32,758 nucleotides of DNA, from assembly GCA_964369035.1 (NCBI GenBank), contig CAYJDU010000001.1, positions 1 to 32,758 of the forward strand, in the 5' to 3' direction. Under the pieces are notes generated by a model. The model did no database searches. It worked only from the letters and a program-made list of their open reading frames with translations, and was not told where the DNA came from. A program made the translations under genes and the position numbers. Below, piece by piece: positions 8,426 to 17,146 of this stretch. Source of the DNA: an uncultured Methanomassiliicoccales archaeon (GTDB lineage: Archaea; Thermoplasmatota; Thermoplasmata; Methanomassiliicoccales; Methanomethylophilaceae). Positions within the stretch are counted from its first letter, which is position 1. Each line of letters begins with the position of its first letter.

Positions 8426-11300
8426 GAGACGCTATTTCTTTATCGGACATAGGTTCGAATTCTACTGTCTCCCCTAGAGATATAAAATCTATGACGCACT
8501 TCACCGGACATTTGTAATATCCTGATACTGCGTTGGCGTAAACACTGAGTTGTAGTCTATACGTATCAACATTATTTTTCGACACATCGGTCTTGTAATC
8601 GTGGACCACAGCGTGGTCGGGATACAATGCCAGAAGATCTATTATCCCTCTTAATGTGACGTTGATGTCGTTAAGAGGTAACGAACAAGGTCTTTCTACG
8701 AGGATCAGGTCTGCGTCCTTCAATGAATCTAAGATATCTCTTATCGCCCTTATCTCCGGGATATTTTCTTCGTTTTCTCGAGGCTCTATACCTCTGGCTA
8801 GTCCTTCGGCTATGGCGTGGACTTTAGTACCGTATTCCATACCCTTGCCGGATATCTCGTCGGAACCTTCTCCCGGTGTTCCGCCTTCGAAGGTCATTAT
8901 ATCGTGTACACCTATTATCCTGCGACGAGGTTTAAATGGTGCCAGGTCAGGTTTGTTCACAACATGCACATAATTTTCTTGTATCGGTGCGATAAGATCG
9001 CCTATGGTGCCCAGATATTCGTTACCGGAAAGTTCTTTTATAAAGTTTGAAGGGCTGTAACTGCAGATCATGGTTACGTATTGTTTCGCTCTAGATATGG
9101 CTACGAATAATGTGCGACGATCTTCACTATAGTCTTTTTCTAAAACTGAACGGACTAGTTCGGTTTTCCAAGAATGGCCGATCCTAAGGAACCCATCCAC
9201 GGATACGATATCCTTTGAACATCTGATTCCCTCTATCTCGTTGAACGAGACATCGGAGAAATCACTCCTATGGTTCGGTATAACCCCTTTGTCCAGTTGA
9301 GGTATTATGACTATGGGATATTCCAGACCTTTGGACTTATGCATGGTCTGTATCAGTACCGCATCGGTATCCAGGTTCGCATCTATGTTGTACGTGTTAT
9401 GTTCTTTGATATCAGTCTCAATTATTCTTATCAGGTCCGATATTGTTAGAAGTGATGAACGATAAGCGGATGATAGGGTCGTTATGATAGCTTGTGTGAT
9501 ATCATTGTTAAGGCCATAATATGTGAAGATCGATGATATCAAGTCGGTAATTCGACGTTTCTTTTTTATGAGTTCCCCTCTTATAGTCAGGATTTCGGAA
9601 GGTACATCAGCGAAATTACCTTTCTTATCAGGGCGTAATATATCGCGTATATCGTTTATGTTATACTCCATGTCTGAAAGTATACCTGCCAGACCCCATG
9701 GGTCACGTTTGTTGTTCAAATATTTCATCCAGGACAGAAGAAGTTTTCCTTCTCGGGCGGACATTATCTCCACGTCTCCTTGAAGGAACGCAGGAATTCC
9801 TCGTCCTGTGGCGTTCTCGTATACTGCACGACACATCTTCCCGTTCTTGCATATAACGGCTATATCGCCATAATTAGGCTCTCTTGGAATGTCCCCGTCG
9901 CATATGACGTAATCCCCAGTGACGTAATCTATGATCCTGGAGACCGTTTCTGCTACTTCGTCCTCCCTTGGGACCTGTACATATCTCACGTGAGTATTAT
10001 CGCCAATCCTCTTATTCCCCGCGGTAAGTTCTATGATAGTTTCTGGATCCAGATGTACGATCTCTTTCTGTGTTCCTGGTATGCTAAGAACACGGAATGA
10101 GGTATCTATAATGGTCTGGGAGCTACGATAGTTCACATTTAATGATAGACGGTTCACACTAGGTATCTTGAACGGCACACGTTCATTGTCGTCATTCAGA
10201 TAACTACGCATGACCACAGCACGTTTTTCAAAATCTGTTATGTTCTCTATGGATACGAACCTGAATCCATATATCCCCTGTTTCCAGTCACCGACGACAC
10301 AGAGATTCGGTTCCTTAAGGAGCATAAGTGAGATCATCATCTGATTCTCATTGGTATCTTGGAATTCGTCGATCATAACGTATCTACAGGACATACGGTC
10401 CCGCACTCCGGCGTTACTATAGAGTATCAAGAAAGCGAATATGGAGGTCAGTCCGAAGGTAAGTCTATCATCAATCACCGAATGGCGTATGAACTCGTAA
10501 TAGACGTCATGGATGAACTCTATGATATCGCTGCGATCCTCGTATGCAGAAGCTTCGAGAACATCTAAGGGAATCTCCACATTATCGCTCACCATCGGGA
10601 AACCTTCGCTGTATAATGATCCCTTATCCATTTTGTCCTGAATCTTCTTTAACGTATCCTTCCTATTCTTGGGATCATTGTTCATCTTTTGAAGGAGTGA
10701 CATTATCTCGTCGGTGTCTCCTAATAGGTCTTTACCATCCCTGCCGCCGAACCAACCCTTCCTTAACGGGACAATACCTTTGGACATGAGTTTACTTATC
10801 AATCCGTATATGTTCGAGGGAATGGTGCTGGCGATGATCGCTATATCCCCATATTCTTCATTGTTATCAGCACTAAACCGATCAAAAAAATCACTGAAAT
10901 ATTCTCTGTTCAGTGTTTCGTTCTCTATCAACGTCGCCCCCCTGGTCAGACGTTCTTTGAAACCGAGAAAATCGCTGACGACCTCAGGCGACTCCTTGAC
11001 AATGGAATAGCAGAAAGAATCGAAGGTTCCCGCCTGCACTAATCGCGTATCTTTCTCTAATTTGCTGGAAGTAAGTTTTTCTCGGATCCGTTCTTCCATC
11101 TCTGCAGCGGCATTTCTTGTGAACGTAAGGAGCAGGACATCCCTGGTCTGTACATCCGGCCTACTTACGATGTTCACATATCTGTTGACTATCGTGAAGG
11201 TCTTTCCCGTTCCAGGTCCTGCGTCTACTACGTAGAAGCCGTCAAGACTTTCTGAGATTCTCTTCTGTGATGGATTAGGTTCACTGGTCATATTCGTCAC
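8409..11300 (-). CDS. AddA-like UvrD/Rep superfamily-1 helicase fused to a C-terminal PD-(D/E)XK (RecB-type) nuclease
   Basis: 963 aa. Helicase motifs: AGPGTGKTFT, TFTRNAAAEM, MIDEFQDTN, VVGDWKQGIYGFR, TMHKSKGLEYPIV, VAISRAKQYV. C-terminal nuclease motifs: GTKVHAIAE ... IIDLL ... VHDYKTD ... RLQLSVYA. Confidence 0.85.
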   Translation of the reverse strand: MTNMTSEPNPSQKRISESLDGFYVVDAGPGTGKTFTIVNRYVNIVSRPDVQTRDVLLLTFTRNAAAEMEERIREKLTSSKLEKDTRLVQAGTFDSFCYSIVKESPEVVSDFLGFKERLTRGATLIENETLNREYFSDFFDRFSADNNEEYGDIAIIASTIPSNIYGLISKLMSKGIVPLRKGWFGGRDGKDLLGDTDEIMSLLQKMNNDPKNRKDTLKKIQDKMDKGSLYSEGFPMVSDNVEIPLDVLEASAYEDRSDIIEFIHDVYYEFIRHSVIDDRLTFGLTSIFAFLILYSNAGVRDRMSCRYVMIDEFQDTNENQMMISLMLLKEPNLCVVGDWKQGIYGFRFVSIENITDFEKRAVVMRSYLNDDNERVPFKIPSVNRLSLNVNYRSSQTIIDTSFRVLSIPGTQKEIVHLDPETIIELTAGNKRIGDNTHVRYVQVPREDEVAETVSRIIDYVTGDYVICDGDIPREPNYGDIAVICKNGKMCRAVYENATGRGIPAFLQGDVEIMSAREGKLLLSWMKYLNNKRDPWGLAGILSDMEYNINDIRDILRPDKKGNFADVPSEILTIRGELIKKKRRITDLISSIFTYYGLNNDITQAIITTLSSAYRSSLLTISDLIRIIETDIKEHNTYNIDANLDTDAVLIQTMHKSKGLEYPIVIIPQLDKGVIPNHRSDFSDVSFNEIEGIRCSKDIVSVDGFLRIGHSWKTELVRSVLEKDYSEDRRTLFVAISRAKQYVTMICSYSPSNFIKELSGNEYLGTIGDLIAPIQENYVHVVNKPDLAPFKPRRRIIGVHDIMTFEGGTPGEGSDEISGKGMEYGTKVHAIAEGLARGIEPRENEENIPEIRAIRDILDSLKDADLILVERPCSLPLNDINVTLRGIIDLLALYPDHAVVHDYKTDVSKNNVDTYRLQLSVYANAVSGYYKCPVKCVIDFISLGETVEFEPMSDKEIASHVQPI

Positions 11301-13977
11301 CTCCTTCTTCTATCGATACAGGTTCACGGGTACAGATCGATATATAATTGCATTTTTCACAATTTTTTATAGGTTTTGCAGGGAATTTTGAATTCATCAT
11401 AATGGAAGCCTCCGAATGATCCCTGTCTAATTTCTCCAGGAACATATCCATAGAATCTGATGGTATCAGGACCGTACCGTTCGATACCCAATAATCTTCT
11501 ACAACGATTTTGAAAAGCTTTTTTAGAGCTCCTATGACCTTGTCCCTTTTACTTTTTAATGGTTTCATATTGAGGGAAAAAAGTATCGCATCAATTAGGG
11601 AATCATTGTTAAACCATTCTTCAGGGGGAAGACCGGAGGCAAATATGGGAGATATAAAAGAATCCCAATCATCATACATTTCTACGTAGGAATCTACGTT
11701 ATTGAAAGATTCTCGGATGGGTGAGTTCTGGCCTCGTATCGCCTCTATCTTGGTCTCCTTTAGTAAATGAACGTCCAATACACTACCTCTGATGGAAGTT
11801 TCATCTTTCACACGTCCGTCCATGCCGAACAGATAAAAGAGGCCGAAAGTTCCATATGCGGAGATCCCGGAATCTCTCATGAGGGCAAGATAAATCAGGG
11901 GTTGTGTCTCGATGTAATTCTTACCGTCCATCTTGAATCCTTTTATGACATCTTTTGCAGTATTGAATTTACCGGTCTTGTAATCAATCACTTGCGAATC
12001 AAGCAGTAGGTCGAACTTGCCGTAGATTGGATGTAGGGGTGAATCCGAATCTCTCTCAACGGAACTACTGGTTTTCTCTAACCCTTCGGCCCTCATCAGT
12101 TCGTTTGGATATTTACGTGAGGAATTATCAACATCAAGAGGTACAGGCCCATCCATTCTCGAGTCTATGAAAACCATAAGGTTCCTGAGCCCTATCCGTA
12201 TACGGTCCAGATCCAAGTCCTCCATCATCGGACAGGATAAGCCTGCATATGTATTTCCGATCCGTTCAACATAATATTCCAGGTCCTTTTCTCTAATAAC
12301 GTTGGGATAACAGACGTACATCTCGGCGAACTCATGCAAAAGGATACCGAAGGCGGTCCGTTCATTATCGGGCGTTGAAACAAGATTGCCGTAATAGAAC
12401 GCCCGAGGGCACATACAATAATCATTGTATGTAGATTTGGTGAATCTCCATTCATTCGATGTATCCTTGTCCAACTGTTCGATGCCTGTCTCAGGGAAGG
12501 ATTGTTGTTCCTCTAGATACCACGACCCTTTCTTCACATCCGCAATATCGTTGAATTTGACAATAGGGCGAGATCTTCTTTCAATTTCGTGAATGCCTTC
12601 AAAAAGTAAAGTCGGTTTTGCGACCTTTCCGTTCTTCGTTGCGTTGACAGCATATATCCTTGAAGAACCCTGTTGGAGCAGTACGCGGAACTTCATGGCA
12701 TCTTTTTCTGCCTCTGATTCCTTATCGATATATTGTTTACCTATGATCTTGTTACCCCATCCGTTCCCCATTCCCAGATAAGCGACGAAAGGCCTATCGA
12801 CGAACATGGATTTTTTACAATCTGCCAACAGAACACCTTTCTTCTCACTTTCTGGTATCTGCTCGTTATGATGAAGTTCGGAGACATTGTTTACAGCATA
12901 GTTCATTTCCCCTACTAGCTGTGGGGTTACCATCTGTTCGTTAAATTTGAGTTCGTCCAATATCATGCGGACCTGAGGCCGGTGACGTTCACGAACCACA
13001 AGGTCGCAGACCTCTTCGAATGTCATCTCTTTGATATCTTTCATACAATTGGCAAGTTCAAGGGCCCTGCCGCCTATATCGGGGAGTCTAGAAAGCAATA
13101 CATTGTCGTGTTTTTGTCGTATGGTGCCACCGTATGCAGAGAAAAGTTCCCTTACATGTCTAACCCTTACAGTTCTATATGATATCCCGAAATTCAAAAA
13201 ACGTAAGAAGTCACGTATCTGCGAAAGATCGCGAACGGTCATAGTGTTCTTGAACGGTATTCCGCGCCTGTATAGGGCGGCACGGACAGCATCGGCTATA
13301 CTGCTTTCAGTATCCATAATTATAGCTATATCTGTGGCTCGTTCAATATCTATCAAGTCTATAACGTTCTCTGCGATCTGTCTATCATTACCTATTTCGT
13401 AAATGGTCTCTATCTCGAATTCTTCTGTTTCGATAATTATTTCGATCTCTTTGTGTTTGATTGGGATGAAGTGTTTATCCAGGTCATCAAAGAATTCTAT
13501 GCCTACGACCGCCGTACTTTTACCAAGGAACATATTCTCGGAAATCACAAATCCTGCTATGCTCTTTTCATGATAGGTCTCGGGTACGAATATGTCCATG
13601 GCCTTCTCGATGGTTGGAAGGACAGAATAGGATTCAAAAACATTTCTCGATAGACGAGAATAAAGGTATTTTTTAACATCCGAAGTATATTTTCTTATGT
13701 TCCTAATATTCTCTATCTCGCCATGGACATACTTGAAACCATAGCCGGTCTCATCAGCAACAGTGGCCACAACTTCCAGGTCGCTCATGAGGGCCCCTCC
13801 GAGAATCTGTACGGAAAGTTCAGCAGCTAGTTGTCTCGGTGTATATGCGAAGCCTCCGACTCTAGGGGTATCTATCCTACCGTTCAGAGCTGTTGCGAGA
13901 GGGGCATCATTTGTTATAACGATGTCAAAATCTCTAACTTCCTGATATATCTCGTCGATACTCTTGGCCCTATACAT
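11281..13977 (-). CDS. AddB-like subunit with a degenerate helicase-like N-terminal region and a Cas4/AddB-type PD-(D/E)XK nuclease carrying a 4-Cys cluster
   Basis: 898 aa with no canonical N-terminal Walker A. Nuclease motifs: LLHEFAE, GKFDLLLDSQVIDYKTGK, QPLIYLA. One Cys lies before the nuclease core (CMCPRAFYYG) and CX2CX5C follows it (CEKCNYISIC, nt 11332-11361), the AddB/Cas4 Fe-S arrangement. It overlaps the downstream AddA-like gene by 20 nt. Confidence 0.75.
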   Translation of the reverse strand: MYRAKSIDEIYQEVRDFDIVITNDAPLATALNGRIDTPRVGGFAYTPRQLAAELSVQILGGALMSDLEVVATVADETGYGFKYVHGEIENIRNIRKYTSDVKKYLYSRLSRNVFESYSVLPTIEKAMDIFVPETYHEKSIAGFVISENMFLGKSTAVVGIEFFDDLDKHFIPIKHKEIEIIIETEEFEIETIYEIGNDRQIAENVIDLIDIERATDIAIIMDTESSIADAVRAALYRRGIPFKNTMTVRDLSQIRDFLRFLNFGISYRTVRVRHVRELFSAYGGTIRQKHDNVLLSRLPDIGGRALELANCMKDIKEMTFEEVCDLVVRERHRPQVRMILDELKFNEQMVTPQLVGEMNYAVNNVSELHHNEQIPESEKKGVLLADCKKSMFVDRPFVAYLGMGNGWGNKIIGKQYIDKESEAEKDAMKFRVLLQQGSSRIYAVNATKNGKVAKPTLLFEGIHEIERRSRPIVKFNDIADVKKGSWYLEEQQSFPETGIEQLDKDTSNEWRFTKSTYNDYCMCPRAFYYGNLVSTPDNERTAFGILLHEFAEMYVCYPNVIREKDLEYYVERIGNTYAGLSCPMMEDLDLDRIRIGLRNLMVFIDSRMDGPVPLDVDNSSRKYPNELMRAEGLEKTSSSVERDSDSPLHPIYGKFDLLLDSQVIDYKTGKFNTAKDVIKGFKMDGKNYIETQPLIYLALMRDSGISAYGTFGLFYLFGMDGRVKDETSIRGSVLDVHLLKETKIEAIRGQNSPIRESFNNVDSYVEMYDDWDSFISPIFASGLPPEEWFNNDSLIDAILFSLNMKPLKSKRDKVIGALKKLFKIVVEDYWVSNGTVLIPSDSMDMFLEKLDRDHSEASIMMNSKFPAKPIKNCEKCNYISICTREPVSIEEGGDEYDQ

Positions 13978-14043
13978 ATTTCTGTATCTATCGATTAGTA
14001 GTAATGTTTTCCCTGAGATGCGGTAAAATATGTTTTAGAATCG

Positions 14044-14634
14044 GTGGCATTATCTATCATCCTTAACGTTCAAAGTTATGTGAAGGATATGTATGTGATC
14101 GAGGTCAACGCCGATGGCGACAAAGGTTATCCTGACAATATTGTGGTGGAGGTCGGGGTCTGTAAAGTTGATTTGGACCGTATGGATTTCGACTCGATCT
14201 ATAGCGACATAATAGTACTAGATCCGTTGAACATGGGAAAGACATCTTTAGATTGGCTCACAGATACTGCCGGTATAGATGTCCGCGAGCTTTATATGGG
14301 GTTACCACAAGAGGAGGTGGTTTCTAATGTTAAAAAGTTACTTAAAGGGAACGAAGTGGCTTGTTTTGACATAGGTGAGACATTTGGAAGATTCCTTTTA
14401 TTCGAACCTTGGGATTTCACTAAGGAAATGACGATCATGTCCTCTGTCTCATCTAGGATGCCTAGGAATGCATCCCCGATTCTGAAAACTAACTTACAGG
14501 GACGCATCGGATATGCTTACGCTAAGTTATGTCCTGATGACCCTGCAGATGTAGGGGACGGGCGTAGAGCACTTCAATTGGCACAGATGACATCCGAGAT
14601 AACAATCCGACTTCGTAAGAGCGGGCTGTATTAG
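14044..14634 (+). CDS. Catalytically degenerate paralogue of the DEDDh exonuclease at 5169-5786
   Basis: 196 aa with clear paralogy: DMYVIEVNADGDKGYPDNIVVEVGVCKVD vs DIYVLDTETTGLKGAPEDVIVDIGVCKVD, and FEPWDF vs REPWNM. All DEDDh residues are replaced: DTE to EVN (nt 14101-14109), YNTDYD to FDIGET, HRALSD to RRALQL. The track start is GTG 14044; the in-frame ATG 14089 is an alternative. Confidence 0.65.
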   Translation: MALSIILNVQSYVKDMYVIEVNADGDKGYPDNIVVEVGVCKVDLDRMDFDSIYSDIIVLDPLNMGKTSLDWLTDTAGIDVRELYMGLPQEEVVSNVKKLLKGNEVACFDIGETFGRFLLFEPWDFTKEMTIMSSVSSRMPRNASPILKTNLQGRIGYAYAKLCPDDPADVGDGRRALQLAQMTSEITIRLRKSGLY

Positions 14635-15068
14635 ACTCTGAAAAACTTAAGTACTGAACCGAAACGTGTTTCGACTAATTGTGCCAGATAAGACGATATG
14701 TAAACTACAGCAAGAATTATAACTGCAAAAACAAGGATTACCTTGGTAAATGAACCCACAGAATTTCCCCAGTCTATGCACAGGTACATCGACATGAACA
14801 ACATGGCCCCGATGATAAGGAAATACCAACCTTTGCTTTCTTTATGATTTAGATATATCAACCCAAGTCCTTGTAACCCGAATATCCCTGGTATCACTGC
14901 CAACAAAGTAGCGAACAACATGTTTTTTTTGGGCACTTCACGATTTACGGACCCAGTTGTTTTTCTCTCAGGTATATCGTCCCTAGGGACCGGACCATAA
15001 CATTTAGGGCAGGTCACACTATTGGACGGTACTAGCTCGTTACAGTTTGGACATCTTTTACTGCTCAT
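14631..15068 (-). CDS. Zinc-ribbon membrane protein
   Basis: CPNCNELVPSNSVTCPKC, followed by three hydrophobic segments. I prefer ATG 15068-15066 (MSSKRCPNC), which forms an ATGA overlap with the PaaI stop, over the track start at 15098. Confidence 0.6.
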   Translation of the reverse strand: MSSKRCPNCNELVPSNSVTCPKCYGPVPRDDIPERKTTGSVNREVPKKNMLFATLLAVIPGIFGLQGLGLIYLNHKESKGWYFLIIGAMLFMSMYLCIDWGNSVGSFTKVILVFAVIILAVVYISSYLAQLVETRFGSVLKFFRV

Positions 15069-15499
15069 TCTCTCACCTTGATTTTGAAACCAGTGCATAC
15101 TGCCGAAGCGACCAGTTCATCCTTATTGTAAACTTTCACGTCATAATTAGAGATTGAACGGGACTCGTTTATGAGTACAGCCTCGGCTCTCAGTAGACCG
15201 TCCTTAACGGTACGGTGATAGTGGACGTTAACAGACTGGCCCACTGAATCTCTTTCGATATTGGAAGCCACTCCAAAGGCGTGGTCTATCAACGCATAAG
15301 TGGCTGCGCCATGTACAACACCCAGGCTGTTAAGTATCCCTGGCCGTACTGACATCTCAGCTATCGTCTTTTCTTTTGAAACTAGGACAGTGGTGATCCC
15401 CACTTCTTTTGCGAAAGGCGCATCGGACATGAATCTGATCCTGTCCACGTTGGACCGACTATCTTCATCGATAATTGAAAGTAGCTCGTTTTGGTCCAT
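15065..15499 (-). CDS. PaaI-family hotdog-fold thioesterase
   Basis: 144 aa, with a size and core motif typical of PaaI/YdiI-type thioesterases: NSLGVVHGAATYALIDHAFGVA. TTAAATA on the minus strand (about 15520-15527) lies about 25 nt upstream of the ATG. Confidence 0.8.
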   Translation of the reverse strand: MDQNELLSIIDEDSRSNVDRIRFMSDAPFAKEVGITTVLVSKEKTIAEMSVRPGILNSLGVVHGAATYALIDHAFGVASNIERDSVGQSVNVHYHRTVKDGLLRAEAVLINESRSISNYDVKVYNKDELVASAVCTGFKIKVRE

Positions 15500-15564
15500 G
15501 GTAATTAATCATCTTACTGTATTTAACAGAAACGCAACTTCGAGCGACCCAAGAAATTAAAGAG

Positions 15565-16920
15565 ATGGGCGCCTTTGTATTGAACATGGCCGAGAGTCTA
15601 ACGGTAACACAACTTAACACGAGGGTTCGGTCCATACTCTCTGAATCTTCGTCGGTAAAGGATATCTGGGTCATAGGAGAGATATCCAATCTTAAGTGCT
15701 ATGCGAGCGGTCATTATTATTTCACTCTTAAGGACGAAGGAAGTGAGATCCGATCCGTAATGTTCAAAAATTCCCGAGGGCGTATCGATTTTGAACCTGA
15801 AGAGAACATGAAGGTCAAGGCCTTCGGACGTGTGGACCTCTACGTACAGAGGGGAAGCTATCAGTTCATAGTGGAGACCATGCAACGCTCTGGCATAGGC
15901 AATTTATTCTTGGAATATGAGAAACTCAGGAAGAAGTTGGAATCGGAAGGGCTCTTTGAGATATCCCGTAAAAGAAGTCTTCCCATCTATCCGAAGACCA
16001 TAGGGGTGGTCACATCAGAAAGCGGGGCGGTTATCCATGACATTGTATCCACAACGGGTAAGTTGTTTCCTGTAAATATTTTACTGGCACCTGCACAGGT
16101 ACAGGGGGATGGTGCAGCGGCCTCCATAGTAAGAGGTATAGAGTTATTGAACCGTGAGAACGTGGACGTCATAATAGTCGGAAGAGGGGGAGGATCCATC
16201 GAAGACCTTTGGGCGTTCAACGAAGAGATCGTCGCTAGAGCTATAGTGGCATCAAAAGTACCGATAATATCTGCTGTAGGTCACGAATCCGATCTCACAA
16301 TAGCTGATTTCGTTGCTGATGTCAGAGCACCGACTCCTACAGGAGCGGCGGAACTCGCACTTCGTGATAAAAGAGAGGTAATCAAGCAAATAGACGGAAT
16401 CGGGATCAGGGCCAACAGAGCTTTGGTCCACGTTACAAAGTTGATGCATTCCCGCATGGACTTGATGTCATCTAAATTGAATCCAGTCAGACAATATGAA
16501 AGACTGGCTATGTTAGAGATACGGACGGGACAGCTTTCTGACCGTGCCGATTCGGCTCTAAGGTCCTCGGTGCAGATAATGAGGTCCCGCTTCAACGCGA
16601 TAGGATCGAAAATATCTCCTGTCGCCGCGATGCGTAATGTAGTATCCTTGAAGGAGAACATCAATTCCATATCTGGACGTCTGACGATGGCTATGGACCG
16701 CCGTATCAGGGACGCCTCATCAAAAATAGATTCCTTGCAAAAGAGATCGGAGGCCCTCAACCCATTGGGGGTCCTAGAGAGAGGTTATAGCTACGTCACG
16801 GATTCTGAAGGAAGGACCTTAACATCCGCAAAGGCCTTGTTAGAAGGATCTATCATCGATGTCAGATTCCGGGACGGCAGTGCTGAGGCAGAAGTAAAAA
16901 AGGTGAAGAACAATGAATGA
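15565..16920 (+). CDS. xseA: Exodeoxyribonuclease VII large subunit
   Basis: 451 aa. The N-terminal OB-fold signature is LTVTQLNTRVRSIL...IWVIGEISNLK...SGHYYFTLKD. The catalytic core has GVVTSESGAVIHDI, IIVGRGGGSIEDLWAFNEE and SAVGHESD, followed by a long helical tail. An alternative leaderless start at ATG 15586 has AAATTAAA (15554-15561) about 28 nt upstream. Confidence 0.9.
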   Translation: MGAFVLNMAESLTVTQLNTRVRSILSESSSVKDIWVIGEISNLKCYASGHYYFTLKDEGSEIRSVMFKNSRGRIDFEPEENMKVKAFGRVDLYVQRGSYQFIVETMQRSGIGNLFLEYEKLRKKLESEGLFEISRKRSLPIYPKTIGVVTSESGAVIHDIVSTTGKLFPVNILLAPAQVQGDGAAASIVRGIELLNRENVDVIIVGRGGGSIEDLWAFNEEIVARAIVASKVPIISAVGHESDLTIADFVADVRAPTPTGAAELALRDKREVIKQIDGIGIRANRALVHVTKLMHSRMDLMSSKLNPVRQYERLAMLEIRTGQLSDRADSALRSSVQIMRSRFNAIGSKISPVAAMRNVVSLKENINSISGRLTMAMDRRIRDASSKIDSLQKRSEALNPLGVLERGYSYVTDSEGRTLTSAKALLEGSIIDVRFRDGSAEAEVKKVKNNE

Positions 16921-17146
16921 AGACATAGAGAAGATGAGTTTTGAGGAATCGATATCGGCCCTTGAAGAGATTGTGAAAAAGCTTGAGGACGGAACACTTG
17001 ATCTCGATGAGAGTCTTGTAGTGTACGAACGTGCCACTGTTCTCAGGGACCGTTGTAAGAAGATCCTGGAGGAGAGCGAACGCAGAGTACAGAAGATAAC
17101 CGAGACCTCTCAAGGTGTCGTAAGGTCAGAGATGAAGGTTGAGTGA
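16913..17146 (+). CDS. xseB: Exodeoxyribonuclease VII small subunit
   Basis: 77 aa. MSFEESISALEEIVKKLEDGTLDLDESLVVYERA is the XseB helical-hairpin signature. It overlaps xseA by 8 nt. Confidence 0.85.
   Translation: MNEDIEKMSFEESISALEEIVKKLEDGTLDLDESLVVYERATVLRDRCKKILEESERRVQKITETSQGVVRSEMKVE

Noticed and set aside
8452-8460. GGTTCGAAT, resembling a tRNA T-arm.
   Set aside because: It lies inside the AddA-like coding sequence, with no flanking acceptor or anticodon stem complementarity. I saw no tRNA-like cloverleaf in any intergenic spacer.
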